A stretch of 64,000 bases of DNA, from the NCBI GenBank assembly GCA_002238425.1, contig MPMJ01000009.1:20209-84208 (forward strand), given 5' to 3'. Source of the DNA: SAR202 cluster bacterium bin16 (GTDB lineage: Bacteria; Chloroflexota; Dehalococcoidia; Lucifugimonadales; Australimonadaceae). A model generated the notes under the pieces. That model made no database searches, was not told the DNA's origin, and saw only the letters and a program-made list of their open reading frames with translations. Of the stretch, positions 1-9,631 are shown piece by piece. Made by a program: the position numbers and the translations under genes. Each line of letters begins with the position of its first letter. Position 1 is the first letter of the stretch.

Positions 1-779
1 GACACTCACCTCGCCACCGGTCCGTCAATGTTCGACGGCACGCGCCGCCTGCACTGGAACGGGAAAGACCTGGCGCACATGGGCAAGGTCGCATGCTTCG
101 CTGAGCAGGCCGTCGTGCCAGAGGCCGGCTGCATGAAGATCGACGCGGACTTCCCGCTCCCAGTGGCCGCGCTCATCGGCTGCAGCGTCACCACCGGCGT
201 CGGCTCGGTGCTATTCAGCGCGCAGGTCGAACCGGGCAGCACCGTCGCGGTCATCGGCTGCGGCGGTGTGGGGCTAAATGTCGTACAAGGGGCGCGCCTG
301 GCGGGCGCCAAGCGCATCATCGCGGTTGACATCAACGACGCGGCGCTCGAGTTCGCCACGCGCTTCGGCGCGACCGACACCCTGAATCCGAACGACGGCG
401 ACGCGCTCAAGGCGATACGCGACATGACCGGCGGCGGCGTGGACTATGCTTTCGAGGCGTTCGGCTCCTCCGAGACGGCCACGATGACGTTCGACGCGGC
501 GCGCAAGGGCGGCACCGCCGTCATCGTGGGGCTCGCGCCGATGGGCGACTACGCCAGCATCGACCCGGTCGCGCTCGTGCGCTACGAGAAGACGTTGAAG
601 GGCTCCTACTACGGCTCATCCCGGCCAGCCATCGACTTCTACCGCATGGTGGACTTCTACGAGAGCGGCAAGATAGACGTGGACGGCCTCATCACACGCA
701 GCTACAGCCTCGACCAGATCAACGAGGCGTACGAGGAGCTGGACCGGGGCGTCGTGGGCCGCGGGGTCATCACCTTCTG

Positions 780-780
<1 letters not shown>
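1..780 (+). CDS. Zn-dependent alcohol dehydrogenase family protein (C-terminal part; 5' end outside window)
   Basis: Frame is open from base 1 ([17 protein letters not shown]...). Rossmann motif [27 protein letters not shown]. Stop TGA 778-780 overlaps the next ATG (TGATG). Confidence 0.85.
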
Positions 781-1249
<469 letters not shown>

Positions 1250-1253
<4 letters not shown>

Positions 1254-2122
1254 TCCCTGCGGCGTTCACCTATCACGCTCCCCGGTCGCTCCGCGATGCG
1301 GTGCGCCTGCTGCGCGCGTACGAGGGCGACGCCCGCGTCGTTTCCGGTGGCATGAGCCTGATTCCAGCGATGAAGCTGCGGCTCGTGCAGCCCGAGCACC
1401 TGATCGACATCGGGAGGCTCGGCGAGCTCGACTACGTCCGGCGCACCGAGGACGGCGGCATCGCCATCGGCGCAGGCGCGACGTACCGTAGCATCGAGAA
1501 ATCGAGAGCGGTCGCAGCGGTGGCCCCGATGCTCGTCGAGACGGTTCGGCAGGTGGGCGACATTCAGGTGCGGAACCGGGGGACGCTGTGCGGCAGCGCC
1601 GCACACGCAGATCCCGCGGCGGATGCCCCAGCTACGCTCCTGGCGCTCGACGCAACGTTCCATACTACCGGGGGAGCGAGCCGCCGCACGATCCAGGCGC
1701 GCCGCTTCTTCGTAGACGCCTACGAGACCACGCTTGGCCCGACCGAGGTGCTGACCGAGATCCGCATCCCCAAGCAGCCCGCGCGCACTGGCTCCACATA
1801 CCTGAAGTTCGCGAACAAGGCGTCGCGGTTCGCCATCGTGGGCGTCGCAGCGGCAGTGACGGTGGACCGCCGGGGCGTATGCACGCGGGCGCGCATCGCG
1901 GTGACCGGCGCAGGGCCATGTGCGGTTCGCGCTACGGCGAGCGAGCGATACCTCACAGGGCGCGAGGTATCGGCGGAGGCCATCGCGGCGGCGGCGGCGC
2001 GGGCATCGCGCGGGATGGAGTTCATCGAAGACGTGCACGGCTCCGAGGAGTACCGCGAGCACCTCACGCGCGTCATCACCCAGCGCGCGCTCACAGAAGC
2101 AGCGCGCCGCGCGGGCGCGTAG
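1250..2122 (+). CDS. FAD-binding medium subunit (CoxM/CutM-like) of the same enzyme family
   Basis: Track ORF 1073..2122 trimmed to ATG 1250 (ATGA overlap with the preceding stop). [18 protein letters not shown]...[12 protein letters not shown] is the medium-subunit signature. Confidence 0.85.
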
Positions 2123-2126
2123 CCGC

Positions 2127-2732
2127 TTACCCCAGATTGCCCCACTTGTCCCAGTGCGTGACCTCCGACGACGGACGGCGTGTCGTCGGGCCGTAGCGGT
2201 GGCCGTCCTGCGGCCAGCCAAGTGGAATCATCGCAGCGGTTACCCAGTCGTCCGGCAGCCCGATGGCCTCGCGTATCTGTGGTTCGAATCCCCGGCGGAC
2301 GCGCGTCGTGAGCACGCTGCCGAGCCCGAAAGCACGGGCCGCAAGCAGCATGTTCTGCACGGCGGGATAGATGGAAGCGCCGTGGTGGATGTCCGTGCCC
2401 GGATGCCGCGTGACGGCGAGTATCCACACCGGAACGTCCATGACGTGCTGCGCCAGGTAGTCGGCCGAATTGGCAGCGCGCTGCTCGGAGGTTGTCGCGG
2501 CCTCGCCGTGGTTGGGGCGCGCGGTCGCGGGGTAGTGCTCCGCGACGATGCGCTTGGTCGCCTCATCCTTGATGACGACGAACCCCCACTGCTGGGAGTT
2601 GCCGCCGTTTGGCGCTCGGATTCCGGCCTCGATGACCTTCTGTACGAGGTCGTCGGGCACGGGGTCGCTCTTCAGGTAGCGCAGCGCCCGCTGCGTGTAC
2701 ATCGCCTCGAACAGTCCAATATCCTCACTCAT
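2127..2732 (-). CDS. nitroreductase family protein
   Basis: Track ORF trimmed to ATG 2732, preceded by GAGGTG. N-terminus MSEDIGLFEAMYTQRALRYLKSDPVPDDLVQKVIEAGIRAPNGGNSQQW matches the nitroreductase fold. Confidence 0.8.
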   Translation of the reverse strand: MSEDIGLFEAMYTQRALRYLKSDPVPDDLVQKVIEAGIRAPNGGNSQQWGFVVIKDEATKRIVAEHYPATARPNHGEAATTSEQRAANSADYLAQHVMDVPVWILAVTRHPGTDIHHGASIYPAVQNMLLAARAFGLGSVLTTRVRRGFEPQIREAIGLPDDWVTAAMIPLGWPQDGHRYGPTTRRPSSEVTHWDKWGNLG

Positions 2733-2799
2733 CCCCGCACCTCGTTTCGTGGTTATGAAGTTGGAGTAACCCAGGCATCGCATCCATCGCCATGCAGCC

Positions 2800-2997
2800 T
2801 CAAAGCTCGAAGATGGGCATTATCTCCCAATGCGTCCATACCCCGGAGTCGGTGTTGCACGGAGGCGGCGGGTTGCGGCGAGCGAACTCCTGCGCTTCCT
2901 TCTGGGTCTCGTAGGACTCGAGCCAGGACTCTCTGCCGTGCCTCTCGCACGAGGCTATCAACTGATACTTGCTCGGTTCTCCCAACTCTCCGGCCAT
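2800..2997 (-). CDS. hypothetical small protein (65 aa)
   Basis: ATG 2997 has AAGGAG about 8 nt upstream. No recognisable domain. Divergent from the Rieske gene at 3123. Confidence 0.4.
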   Translation of the reverse strand: MAGELGEPSKYQLIASCERHGRESWLESYETQKEAQEFARRNPPPPCNTDSGVWTHWEIMPIFEL

Positions 2998-3122
2998 GTT
3001 CCCTACTCTCCTTCTACCGTCCATCCCTCTCTTTTTCCGCTCCCGCCGTGCAGCATTGCATATAGTTCTCTAAACTTACCATCGCAGAGTCCGTCCCCGA
3101 TACCGAACCACGGAGGAGCTCT

Positions 3123-4355
3123 ATGCTGACGAGCGACATGAACGACCGGCTGACGCAAGTGGGCCCCGGCACGCCGATGGGCGAGCTGATGCGCCGCTAC
3201 TGGCACCCCATCGCCGCGAGCCTCGAACTGACCGAAGAGAACCCCACGAAGGAGATACGTCTCCTCGGCGAGGACCTCGTGCTCTACCGGGACGCCAGCG
3301 GCAAGGTCGGTTGCATCGAGCCGTCGTGCGCGCACCGCAAGGCGAACCTGTCCTACGGTATCCCCGAGGAGAACGGGATCCGGTGCGCCTACCACGGGTG
3401 GATATTCAACGAGGCCGGTCAGTGCGTCGACCAGCCCTCGGAGCCGGAGGGCTCGAAGTTCAAGGAGAAGGTGCGCATCAAGGCGTATCCCGTCGAAGAG
3501 AAGGGCGGGGTCAGTCACGTCTACATGGGGCCGGATCCGGTTCCCGTGCTCCCGAACTGGGACCTCTACCAGTGGGAGGGTGTCGAGCGCTCCACGTACG
3601 CGGTGATGCTGCCGTGCAACTGGCTGCAGTGCCACGAGAACTCGCTCGACCCCGTGCACTTCCAGTGGCTCCATCGCTACTACGGCATGTGGCGCGCCTC
3701 CAAGATCATGGGCGAGGAGCGCCTCGACGAGTTCGACCGCATCTCTGCGGCGCGCGGCAAGGCCCACGTGAAGATCGGGTTCGACCGGTTCGAGTACGGC
3801 GTCATCAAGCGCCGGATGCTGGAGGGGGAGGACGAGCAGAGCGAGTGGTGGCGCATCGGTCACCCCATCCTCTTCCCGTACACGCTGCGCGTCGGCCAGG
3901 GCACCTGGTTCGAGTTCCAGCACCGCGTGCCGGTCGACGACACGCACACGCTGCACTTCGGCTACACCATCCGTACGCCGGAGCCGGGCGAGATGATCGA
4001 GCCCGGGCCGATGACACACGAGAACCGGCCCGCCTTCTTCGACAACGGCCGCATCAAGGACGATTGGGTGGTGGGGCAGGACCAGCTCGCGTGGATCATC
4101 CAGGGACCGCGCATGGACAGGAGCACGGAGGCGCTGGGCGTCACGGACGTCGGCCTCATCATGTTCCGCAACATGCTGAACGAGCAGATCAAGGTGGTGG
4201 AGGACGGCGGCGACCCGGTCAACGTGCACCGGAAGCAGCAGGAGATCATCGAGCTGCCGACCGAGTATGCGTGGTTCCCCGGCTACGACCGCACCGGCGG
4301 CCCGTTCGCCGACCTGCAGCCGCAGCCCGTCGAGCTGGAGCGGGGCCTGCAATAG
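3123..4355 (+). CDS. Rieske [2Fe-2S] non-heme iron oxygenase alpha subunit, single-polypeptide phthalate/KshA-type
   Basis: Rieske motif CAH-x16-CAYHGW. Iron-site region NWLQCHENSLDPVHFQWLH. GGAGGAG RBS. Close paralog of 8285..9550. Confidence 0.9.
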   Translation: MLTSDMNDRLTQVGPGTPMGELMRRYWHPIAASLELTEENPTKEIRLLGEDLVLYRDASGKVGCIEPSCAHRKANLSYGIPEENGIRCAYHGWIFNEAGQCVDQPSEPEGSKFKEKVRIKAYPVEEKGGVSHVYMGPDPVPVLPNWDLYQWEGVERSTYAVMLPCNWLQCHENSLDPVHFQWLHRYYGMWRASKIMGEERLDEFDRISAARGKAHVKIGFDRFEYGVIKRRMLEGEDEQSEWWRIGHPILFPYTLRVGQGTWFEFQHRVPVDDTHTLHFGYTIRTPEPGEMIEPGPMTHENRPAFFDNGRIKDDWVVGQDQLAWIIQGPRMDRSTEALGVTDVGLIMFRNMLNEQIKVVEDGGDPVNVHRKQQEIIELPTEYAWFPGYDRTGGPFADLQPQPVELERGLQ

Positions 4356-4402
4356 GACGCTCGGGACGCGTACGGCCTGAGGCAAGGAAGTGGAGGCTCG
4401 CA

Positions 4403-5512
4403 ATGGTTAACGTCGACGGGGACACGCACTACTGGCCGACCCGGATGCTCGACAGGGTGACGCACCCGGGCAAGGGTGAAGTGCGCATCCACGATGGAGC
4501 AGCCGACTACATCCGCGATGGGAAGGCCATCTGGGAACGCATCCCGGAGAGCCGGTGGAGCCTCGAGAATCGCTACGCCATCATGGACCAGGAGGGCTTC
4601 GACCTCCAGGTCCTGATCCCCGACAACCGACCGCTCCCCTACGAAATGGAACCAGACCTCGGATGCGAACTCGCGATCGCGTACAACGATACGGTTGCGG
4701 AGGACATCGCCGAGTATGACCGCTTCATCGGCGTTGCCTGGGTCTACCTTCCCGACATCGAGGCGTCCGTGCGTGAGGTCCGCCGCACTGTGGAGGAACT
4801 TGGACTGCAGGCCGTGAAGGTCATGGGGGCGTTCGGTGACCTCCACCTCAGCGACAAACGACTGTGGCCCTTCTACGAAGAGGTGGAGCGGCTGGACATC
4901 CCGGTGCTGGTCCACCCGGTGGCCGGCGTCGCTCAGAACCGGTTCTTCGCGACAGATACGCGGGTCGCGAACCGCCCGGACCTCCTGGGCGTCGGGGCCC
5001 TGGGGCTGCCGTTCGAATACATGGCTGAGATCGCACGGCTCGTGTTCAGCGGCGTGTTCGACGAGTTCCCAGCGCTCCGGGTCGGTTTCTTCGAGGGAGG
5101 AGCCGGATGGGTGCCGTTCCTCATGAACCGGCTGGACCACTCGATGTTGCGCGGGCACGAGATAGAGCCGAACCCGAGGCAGACGCTCCATCAGGGGCCA
5201 GAGACTCTGCTGAGGAAACCCAGCGAGTATTTCGAACAGATATACGTGGCCGCCGTCTCCTGGGAGGCGTACCTGCCAGAGATCCTCGCGCTGTGGCCCA
5301 ACCACAACGTCATCATCGGCAGCGACTACGATCACGGGGACGCCATCGCGACGTGGCCGAGGACGATCGAGGGGCTCGACAACATCCCCGGCCTGTCGCC
5401 GGAAGACCGGCGCAAGATCCTGAGCGACAACGCCAGCCGGCTGTTCGGGTTCGACCGCCACCCGGAGCGCTTGCCGTCCGGGCGGGCTCGCACGTCGCCA
5501 ACCCCGGCGTAG
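4403..5512 (+). CDS. amidohydrolase_2 family protein (ACMSD/LigW-like metal-dependent hydrolase/decarboxylase)
   Basis: Track ORF 3311..5512 trimmed to ATG 4403 (GGAAGTGGAGG upstream). C-terminal GSDYDHGD motif. Paralogous to six other amidohydrolases in the window. Confidence 0.85.
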   Translation: MVNVDGDTHYWPTRMLDRVTHPGKGEVRIHDGAADYIRDGKAIWERIPESRWSLENRYAIMDQEGFDLQVLIPDNRPLPYEMEPDLGCELAIAYNDTVAEDIAEYDRFIGVAWVYLPDIEASVREVRRTVEELGLQAVKVMGAFGDLHLSDKRLWPFYEEVERLDIPVLVHPVAGVAQNRFFATDTRVANRPDLLGVGALGLPFEYMAEIARLVFSGVFDEFPALRVGFFEGGAGWVPFLMNRLDHSMLRGHEIEPNPRQTLHQGPETLLRKPSEYFEQIYVAAVSWEAYLPEILALWPNHNVIIGSDYDHGDAIATWPRTIEGLDNIPGLSPEDRRKILSDNASRLFGFDRHPERLPSGRARTSPTPA

Positions 5513-5645
5513 CGTCTCGCGTTCAGGACCCGAGAGATGCTTCTCGGCTCTGCTCAGCATGACACATCCCAGGCCTGACCACTGCAGGGCGCCCATGAAG
5601 GACGCCCCTACAGCAGTCAGCGCCTCCAGTCCCACCGGTTCACCC

Positions 5646-6113
5646 TCACTTCCGCATCAAGTGTGAGACAGACTCCGGCTCCATCCCTTCGAGGGAGCGG
5701 GCGATGCGCGACATGAGCGAGGGGCCATCGCGCTCGTCACCGGTGGGGCCGCCGAAGGTGCGGCGGGGTTTCAGGAGGGGTTCACGCATGGGACAGGCGC
5801 AGGTCTCACCTTGCAACCCCATGAGGTTGGCCTCGGCGTAGCCGTGGACGATGGCAGTGATGACGCGGGTGGGGTCCGGGGTGCGTCTGTTGCGGGCGCA
5901 TTGCTTCAGGTAGGCGTCGATGGGCGCAAAGGCCAGCACCGGGGCGGAAACGCGGATGGCGGCCTCAATGAGATCAAAGACCTCCGGCAAGGGTTCATCC
6001 TGATCCAGGGCCTGCTGCCAGCGGTCTGCGAAGTTCTCGGCGACGGGCAAGAGAGCGGCCTGGGCACGGAGGCAGGCGAGGTAGCGTTCCAGCGTCTTGA
6101 GGCGGGCGGTCAC
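5646..6113 (-). CDS. hypothetical protein, partner gene of HTH cassette copy 1 (GETCxCP motif)
   Basis: 155 aa. Start overlaps the stop of 6110..6562 by 4 nt. About half of aligned residues are identical by hand alignment to 51844..52218 (LERY..C..AQAAL, AYL.QC, GETC.CP). Confidence 0.6.
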   Translation of the reverse strand: MTARLKTLERYLACLRAQAALLPVAENFADRWQQALDQDEPLPEVFDLIEAAIRVSAPVLAFAPIDAYLKQCARNRRTPDPTRVITAIVHGYAEANLMGLQGETCACPMREPLLKPRRTFGGPTGDERDGPSLMSRIARSLEGMEPESVSHLMRK

Positions 6114-6562
6114 CGGGCACCGCGCTGGTTCTTCAGCATGCTGATGGCGTAGTCCATGATGTCGATCCGGTTCCGTATCTCGCTGAGTTCCTTGAGCCTG
6201 AATGCGTTCTGGAGAGCAGTCCGGACTGCGGCGTTCCGGACGTGAGGGTCGGGGCTTTCAAGGAGGTCGGCGAGGGCGATAACGCTCTTCAGGGCGAGGC
6301 CGTTGATCTCGGCGAAAGCGAGGTCGGCCACATGGCGGCGGGCCTGTTCGATCTCGGCACGGAAGTTGGGGTCCTGCATCCACCGGCTGAGGGTGTTGCG
6401 GCCGATGCGGGCGGCCTGCGCGCCCTTGCGCTGCGAAGGGGCTGAGACGATATAAGGGATCGCCAGCATCTGTTTGGGCGTGAGTTGCGCGGGCACGGGC
6501 GGCGCAGCGCCGCCTTCGCTGCTGTCGGGGTCTCGCTGAATCCTGGCTCTATCTTGCACCAT
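6110..6562 (-). CDS. helix-turn-helix protein of HTH cassette copy 1 (terminase-small-subunit-like HTH pattern)
   Basis: 150 aa. The segment AARIGRNTLSRWMQDPNFRAEIEQAR looks like an HTH. 37 of 66 core residues are identical (hand count) to 51446..51847. Confidence 0.65.
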   Translation of the reverse strand: MVQDRARIQRDPDSSEGGAAPPVPAQLTPKQMLAIPYIVSAPSQRKGAQAARIGRNTLSRWMQDPNFRAEIEQARRHVADLAFAEINGLALKSVIALADLLESPDPHVRNAAVRTALQNAFRLKELSEIRNRIDIMDYAISMLKNQRGAR

Positions 6563-6761
6563 TTGGCACCATCCACTCTTGAATTCCGGCGTTCAAGCGG
6601 GGCCACCGCGGGGCCTTCCGGGGCCGTTTCAGGGACGGTCCGAGGGTGAACGGGGCAGGTATGGGGCCACAACGGAGCCACCCCTCCTGCCTCCGTCCAC
6701 GCGGTCCGAGCCGTGGCCCGCCGCGCCGGTCAAAACATCGTAGGGAGGAGTGCGGCGTCCC

Positions 6762-6798
6762 CGCAACGGGCGCGTGTCACAAATGTGACGAGAGGAAG
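6762..6798 (-). promoter_or_regulatory. conserved upstream block with inverted repeat GTCACA-TT-TGTGAC followed by GCCCGTTGCG (cassette copy 1)
   Basis: The reverse complement reads CTTCC..GTCACATTTGTGACA...GCCCGTTGCG, nearly identical to 51314..51346. Flanking sequence is not conserved. Confidence 0.55.
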
Positions 6799-6806
6799 GG
6801 CTGCGA

Positions 6807-6830
6807 GATTCCCGCCTTCGCGGGAATGAC
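6807..6830 (-). repeat. 24-nt REP-like hairpin GTCATTCC-CGCGAAGGCG-GGAATC
   Basis: 8-bp stem ATTCCCGC/GCGGGAAT with a GAAG loop. Same termini as the copies at 49404 and 52239. Confidence 0.7.
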
Positions 6831-6834
6831 GGCG

Positions 6835-7656
6835 TTACCGCGTGGCGGGGCCGCCGTGCTGCTGCTGGCCGAGGCGATTGTAGGTGACCGGGGTGGTAAC
6901 GAGCAGGCCGGCGTCGACGGGCAGGACGACGCCCGTGATCCAGCGGGCCTCGTCGCTGGCGAGGAAGACTGCCGCCCAGCCGATGTCCCATGCGGTGCCC
7001 TCGGTGCCGAGGACGCCCGCCTCGCGCCGGATCTGGCGCAGGTCGTCGTCCATGCGGGGGGCGACCATGGGGGTGTAGACGAGGCCGGGGGCGATGCAGT
7101 TGACGCGGATGCCGTCGCGCCCGTGGTCGCCGGCCATCGACTGCGTGAGGCCGACCACCGCCGCCTTGGACGTGGTGTAGGGCGTGCTGCTGTTGGCGCG
7201 CAGCCCGGCGATGGACGAGAGGGTGATTATGGAGCCACCCCCGCCCTTCTCCATCTCCGGTATGGCGTACTTCGAGGAGAGGACGATGCTCTTGACGTTC
7301 ACCGCCATGATGTGGTCCCACTGCTCCTCAGTGACCTCGGTCACGTCGGCGCGGGTGGAGATGCCGACGTTGTTGTGGAGGATGTCCAGTCGACCGAAAC
7401 GCTCGACCGCCGTCTGCACCATCGCCTCGCAATCGGCGGCGCTCGTCACGTCGGCGGCCATGGCGAACGCAGTGCCGCCCTCGGCCTCGATCAGGCCGAG
7501 GGTCTCCTGGGCGCGATCGAGCTCACGGTCGACGAGCAGCACCTTTGCGCCCTCGCGCGCGAAGAGGATGGAAGCGGCCTTGCCGTTCCCGATCCCCGGG
7601 CCGCTCGAACCGGCCCCCGTAACGATCGCCACTTTGCCTGCGAGCCTGTCTGCCAC
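6835..7656 (-). CDS. SDR family oxidoreductase
   Basis: GKVAIVTGAGSSGPGIGNG cofactor motif. I prefer GTG 7656, with AGGAGGAG 4 nt upstream and 1 nt after the stop of the small ORF. ATG 7689 is the alternative start. Confidence 0.85.
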   Translation of the reverse strand: MADRLAGKVAIVTGAGSSGPGIGNGKAASILFAREGAKVLLVDRELDRAQETLGLIEAEGGTAFAMAADVTSAADCEAMVQTAVERFGRLDILHNNVGISTRADVTEVTEEQWDHIMAVNVKSIVLSSKYAIPEMEKGGGGSIITLSSIAGLRANSSTPYTTSKAAVVGLTQSMAGDHGRDGIRVNCIAPGLVYTPMVAPRMDDDLRQIRREAGVLGTEGTAWDIGWAAVFLASDEARWITGVVLPVDAGLLVTTPVTYNRLGQQQHGGPATR

Positions 7657-7657
7657 G

Positions 7658-7873
7658 CTACTCCTCCTCTGAGTCGCTGTCGTCGTCAACGAGGCCGCTC
7701 ACCATGGGGTGCCCCGCGAGCAGTCCGGACATCTCGGTGACGCGCCCCTCGAATATCTTGCCCTCGATGGCGGACTCGACCTGCGCGTACCAGCCGTCGA
7801 CGAGCTTGAACAGCTTGATGGTGAGGTGACCGTCGCGTACAACGATCTCGTCTGCAGCCTCCGGCCACCGCAT
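7658..7873 (-). CDS. hypothetical small protein with acidic tail (DDDSDSEEE)
   Basis: ATG 7873 is preceded by GAAGGAGG at 7-nt spacing. Its stop abuts the SDR start, suggesting translational coupling. No domain recognised. Confidence 0.4.
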   Translation of the reverse strand: MRWPEAADEIVVRDGHLTIKLFKLVDGWYAQVESAIEGKIFEGRVTEMSGLLAGHPMVSGLVDDDSDSEEE

Positions 7874-7966
7874 AAGCTGGCCTCCTTCGCTGCGGGCCAT
7901 CTTCGGTTACGTGGGGCGTCGGTGCAAGCGGAGGTCTGCCCAAAAGAGCACGTGTAGCATTACGGC

Positions 7967-8209
7967 ATGACGAAGACCATCAATTTCACGATAGACGAAG
8001 GACTACTTGAACGGCTGGACAGTTGCGCGGAGGTACGCTTGCGCGGACGCTCCGCGGTGGTCAGGGAGGCTCTCACCCATTACCTAGACCGGAAGATGAG
8101 CGAGGAGGAGGCCGAGGCAATCCAACGCGCTTATGAACGGGCGTACGGGCCGGGCACGCCACCTGACGAGTTGGAGGACTGGGCGGCGGAAGCAGTGTGG
8201 TTGGAGTAG
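7967..8209 (+). CDS. ribbon-helix-helix (CopG/antitoxin-like) protein, no adjacent toxin
   Basis: 80 aa. N-terminus KTINFTIDEGLLERLD...RGRSAVVREALTHYL is an RHH pattern. The next gene is a convergent Rieske oxygenase. Confidence 0.65.
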   Translation: MTKTINFTIDEGLLERLDSCAEVRLRGRSAVVREALTHYLDRKMSEEEAEAIQRAYERAYGPGTPPDELEDWAAEAVWLE

Positions 8210-8235
8210 CGCGCCGCCACCCTGCCCCCGCAGTA

Positions 8236-8277
8236 CCCTCACCCTAGCCCTCTCCCCTTGTAGGGAGAGGGGATTCC
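8236..8277. repeat. REP family 2 hairpin (TCACCCT..CCCTCTCC..GGAGAGGG) between convergent genes; probable bidirectional terminator
   Basis: Stem 8248-8256 pairs with 8263-8271. A related element lies at 63499..63533, also between convergent genes. Confidence 0.5.
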
Positions 8278-8284
8278 TGAGCGC

Positions 8285-9550
8285 TTACGCGAAGTTCGCG
8301 TCAATCTCCGGGGCGAGTTGCGCCTCGATGAGCGGTTTGAGGTTCGGCTTGTCGCGGTAGGGGCCGCCGGTGACGTCGTAGCCGGGGTAGTAGGAGTGCT
8401 CCTGCGGCAGGACGATGACGCCCTTGTCCTCGCGATGGACGTTCATGGGCTCGCCGCCGTCCTCGACGATCTGTATCTGCTCCTCGAGCACCTTGCGGTA
8501 GAGGATGATGCCGATGTCTGTAACGCCGAGCGACTCAGTGGTGCGGTCGGAGATGGGGCCCTGCATGATCCAAGCAGCCTGGTCCTGACCGAGCACCCAG
8601 TCGGCGCGGATGCGTCCGTCGTTCTTGAACACGTTCTCGTATTTGTACGGAATCTCTGCCTGCTCGACGACCTCGCCCGCCTCCGGCACGCGCACCCGCA
8701 GGACGATGTGGTAGGTGTGGGTGTCGTCAATCGGGACTCGCATCTGGAAGCCGTGGTTGCGCTGCTGGCCAACGCGGAGGATGTTGGGGAAGAGCACCGG
8801 GTGACCGATGCGCCACCACTCGTTCTCCTCGGTGTCGCCCTGCATCAGGCGGCGCTTGATGACGCCGTACTCGAACCGGTCGAAGCCGACCTTCACCTCG
8901 TGGCGGCCGCGCGCGCCGTCGCCTTGCATCTGCTTCTTCCAGGCCTCGCGCTCTTCAGGCGGCTTCTCCATGCCAAGCACGTAGGAGCCCCAGTAGTTGT
9001 GGAGCCATTCGAAGTGCACCGGGTCGAGCGAGTTGTCCATGCACTGGAGCCAGTTGCAGGGCAGCTCCATCGCGACAACCCAGCGCTCGACGTTGTCCCA
9101 CTCAAGGAGGTCCCAGCGCGGGAGCATGGGCGCCGGCGAGGGTCCCATGTACGCGAAGACGATGCCCGCCTTCTCCTGGACCGGGTACGCCTTGATGCGG
9201 ACCTTGTCCTTGAACTTGGAGCCCTCAGGCTCTGACGGCTGGTCGACGCACTGGCCGGTCTCGTTGAATATCCATCCGTGGTAGGCGCACCGGATCCCGT
9301 TCTCCTCAGGTATGCCGTAGGAGAGGTTGGCCTTGCGGTGCGCGCACGACGGCTCGATGAGGCCGAGCGTGTCCTTCGCATCGCGGTAGAGGACGAGGTC
9401 CTCGCCGAGGATGCGTACTTCCTTCGTGGGGTTGTCGGCGTTCAGTTCGGCGCTCGGGGCGATGGGGTGCCAGTAGCGCCGGAGCAGCTCGCCCATCGGC
9501 GTGCCCGGCCCGACCCGTGTTAGGCGCTGGTTCTGTTCGGCAGTTAGCAT
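8285..9550 (-). CDS. Rieske non-heme iron oxygenase alpha subunit, phthalate/KshA-type
   Basis: CAHRKANLSYGIPEENGIRCAYHGW is identical to the Rieske site of 3123..4355. CNWLQCMDNSLDPVHFEWLH iron-site region. GGAGGT RBS. Confidence 0.9.
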   Translation of the reverse strand: MLTAEQNQRLTRVGPGTPMGELLRRYWHPIAPSAELNADNPTKEVRILGEDLVLYRDAKDTLGLIEPSCAHRKANLSYGIPEENGIRCAYHGWIFNETGQCVDQPSEPEGSKFKDKVRIKAYPVQEKAGIVFAYMGPSPAPMLPRWDLLEWDNVERWVVAMELPCNWLQCMDNSLDPVHFEWLHNYWGSYVLGMEKPPEEREAWKKQMQGDGARGRHEVKVGFDRFEYGVIKRRLMQGDTEENEWWRIGHPVLFPNILRVGQQRNHGFQMRVPIDDTHTYHIVLRVRVPEAGEVVEQAEIPYKYENVFKNDGRIRADWVLGQDQAAWIMQGPISDRTTESLGVTDIGIILYRKVLEEQIQIVEDGGEPMNVHREDKGVIVLPQEHSYYPGYDVTGGPYRDKPNLKPLIEAQLAPEIDANFA

Positions 9551-9631
9551 CCGCGTACCTCCGTTAGAGGCTGATCATCTCTTTCGCCAATCATACTCCC
9601 GCAACGCAAGTCCTACCTGCGCCGCCGGGCA

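Noticed and set aside
2123-2800. Remnant of a CoxL large-subunit gene downstream of coxM
   Set aside because: The interval is fully occupied by an intact nitroreductase gene on the opposite strand, and no CoxL-like fragments appear in any frame.
3003-4403. 466-aa minus-strand ORF opposite the Rieske gene at 3123
   Set aside because: It is antisense to a gene with clear Rieske and iron-site motifs and has low-complexity composition. The same applies to 46132..48183 (683 aa) opposite the dioxygenase alpha and LiaF-like genes.
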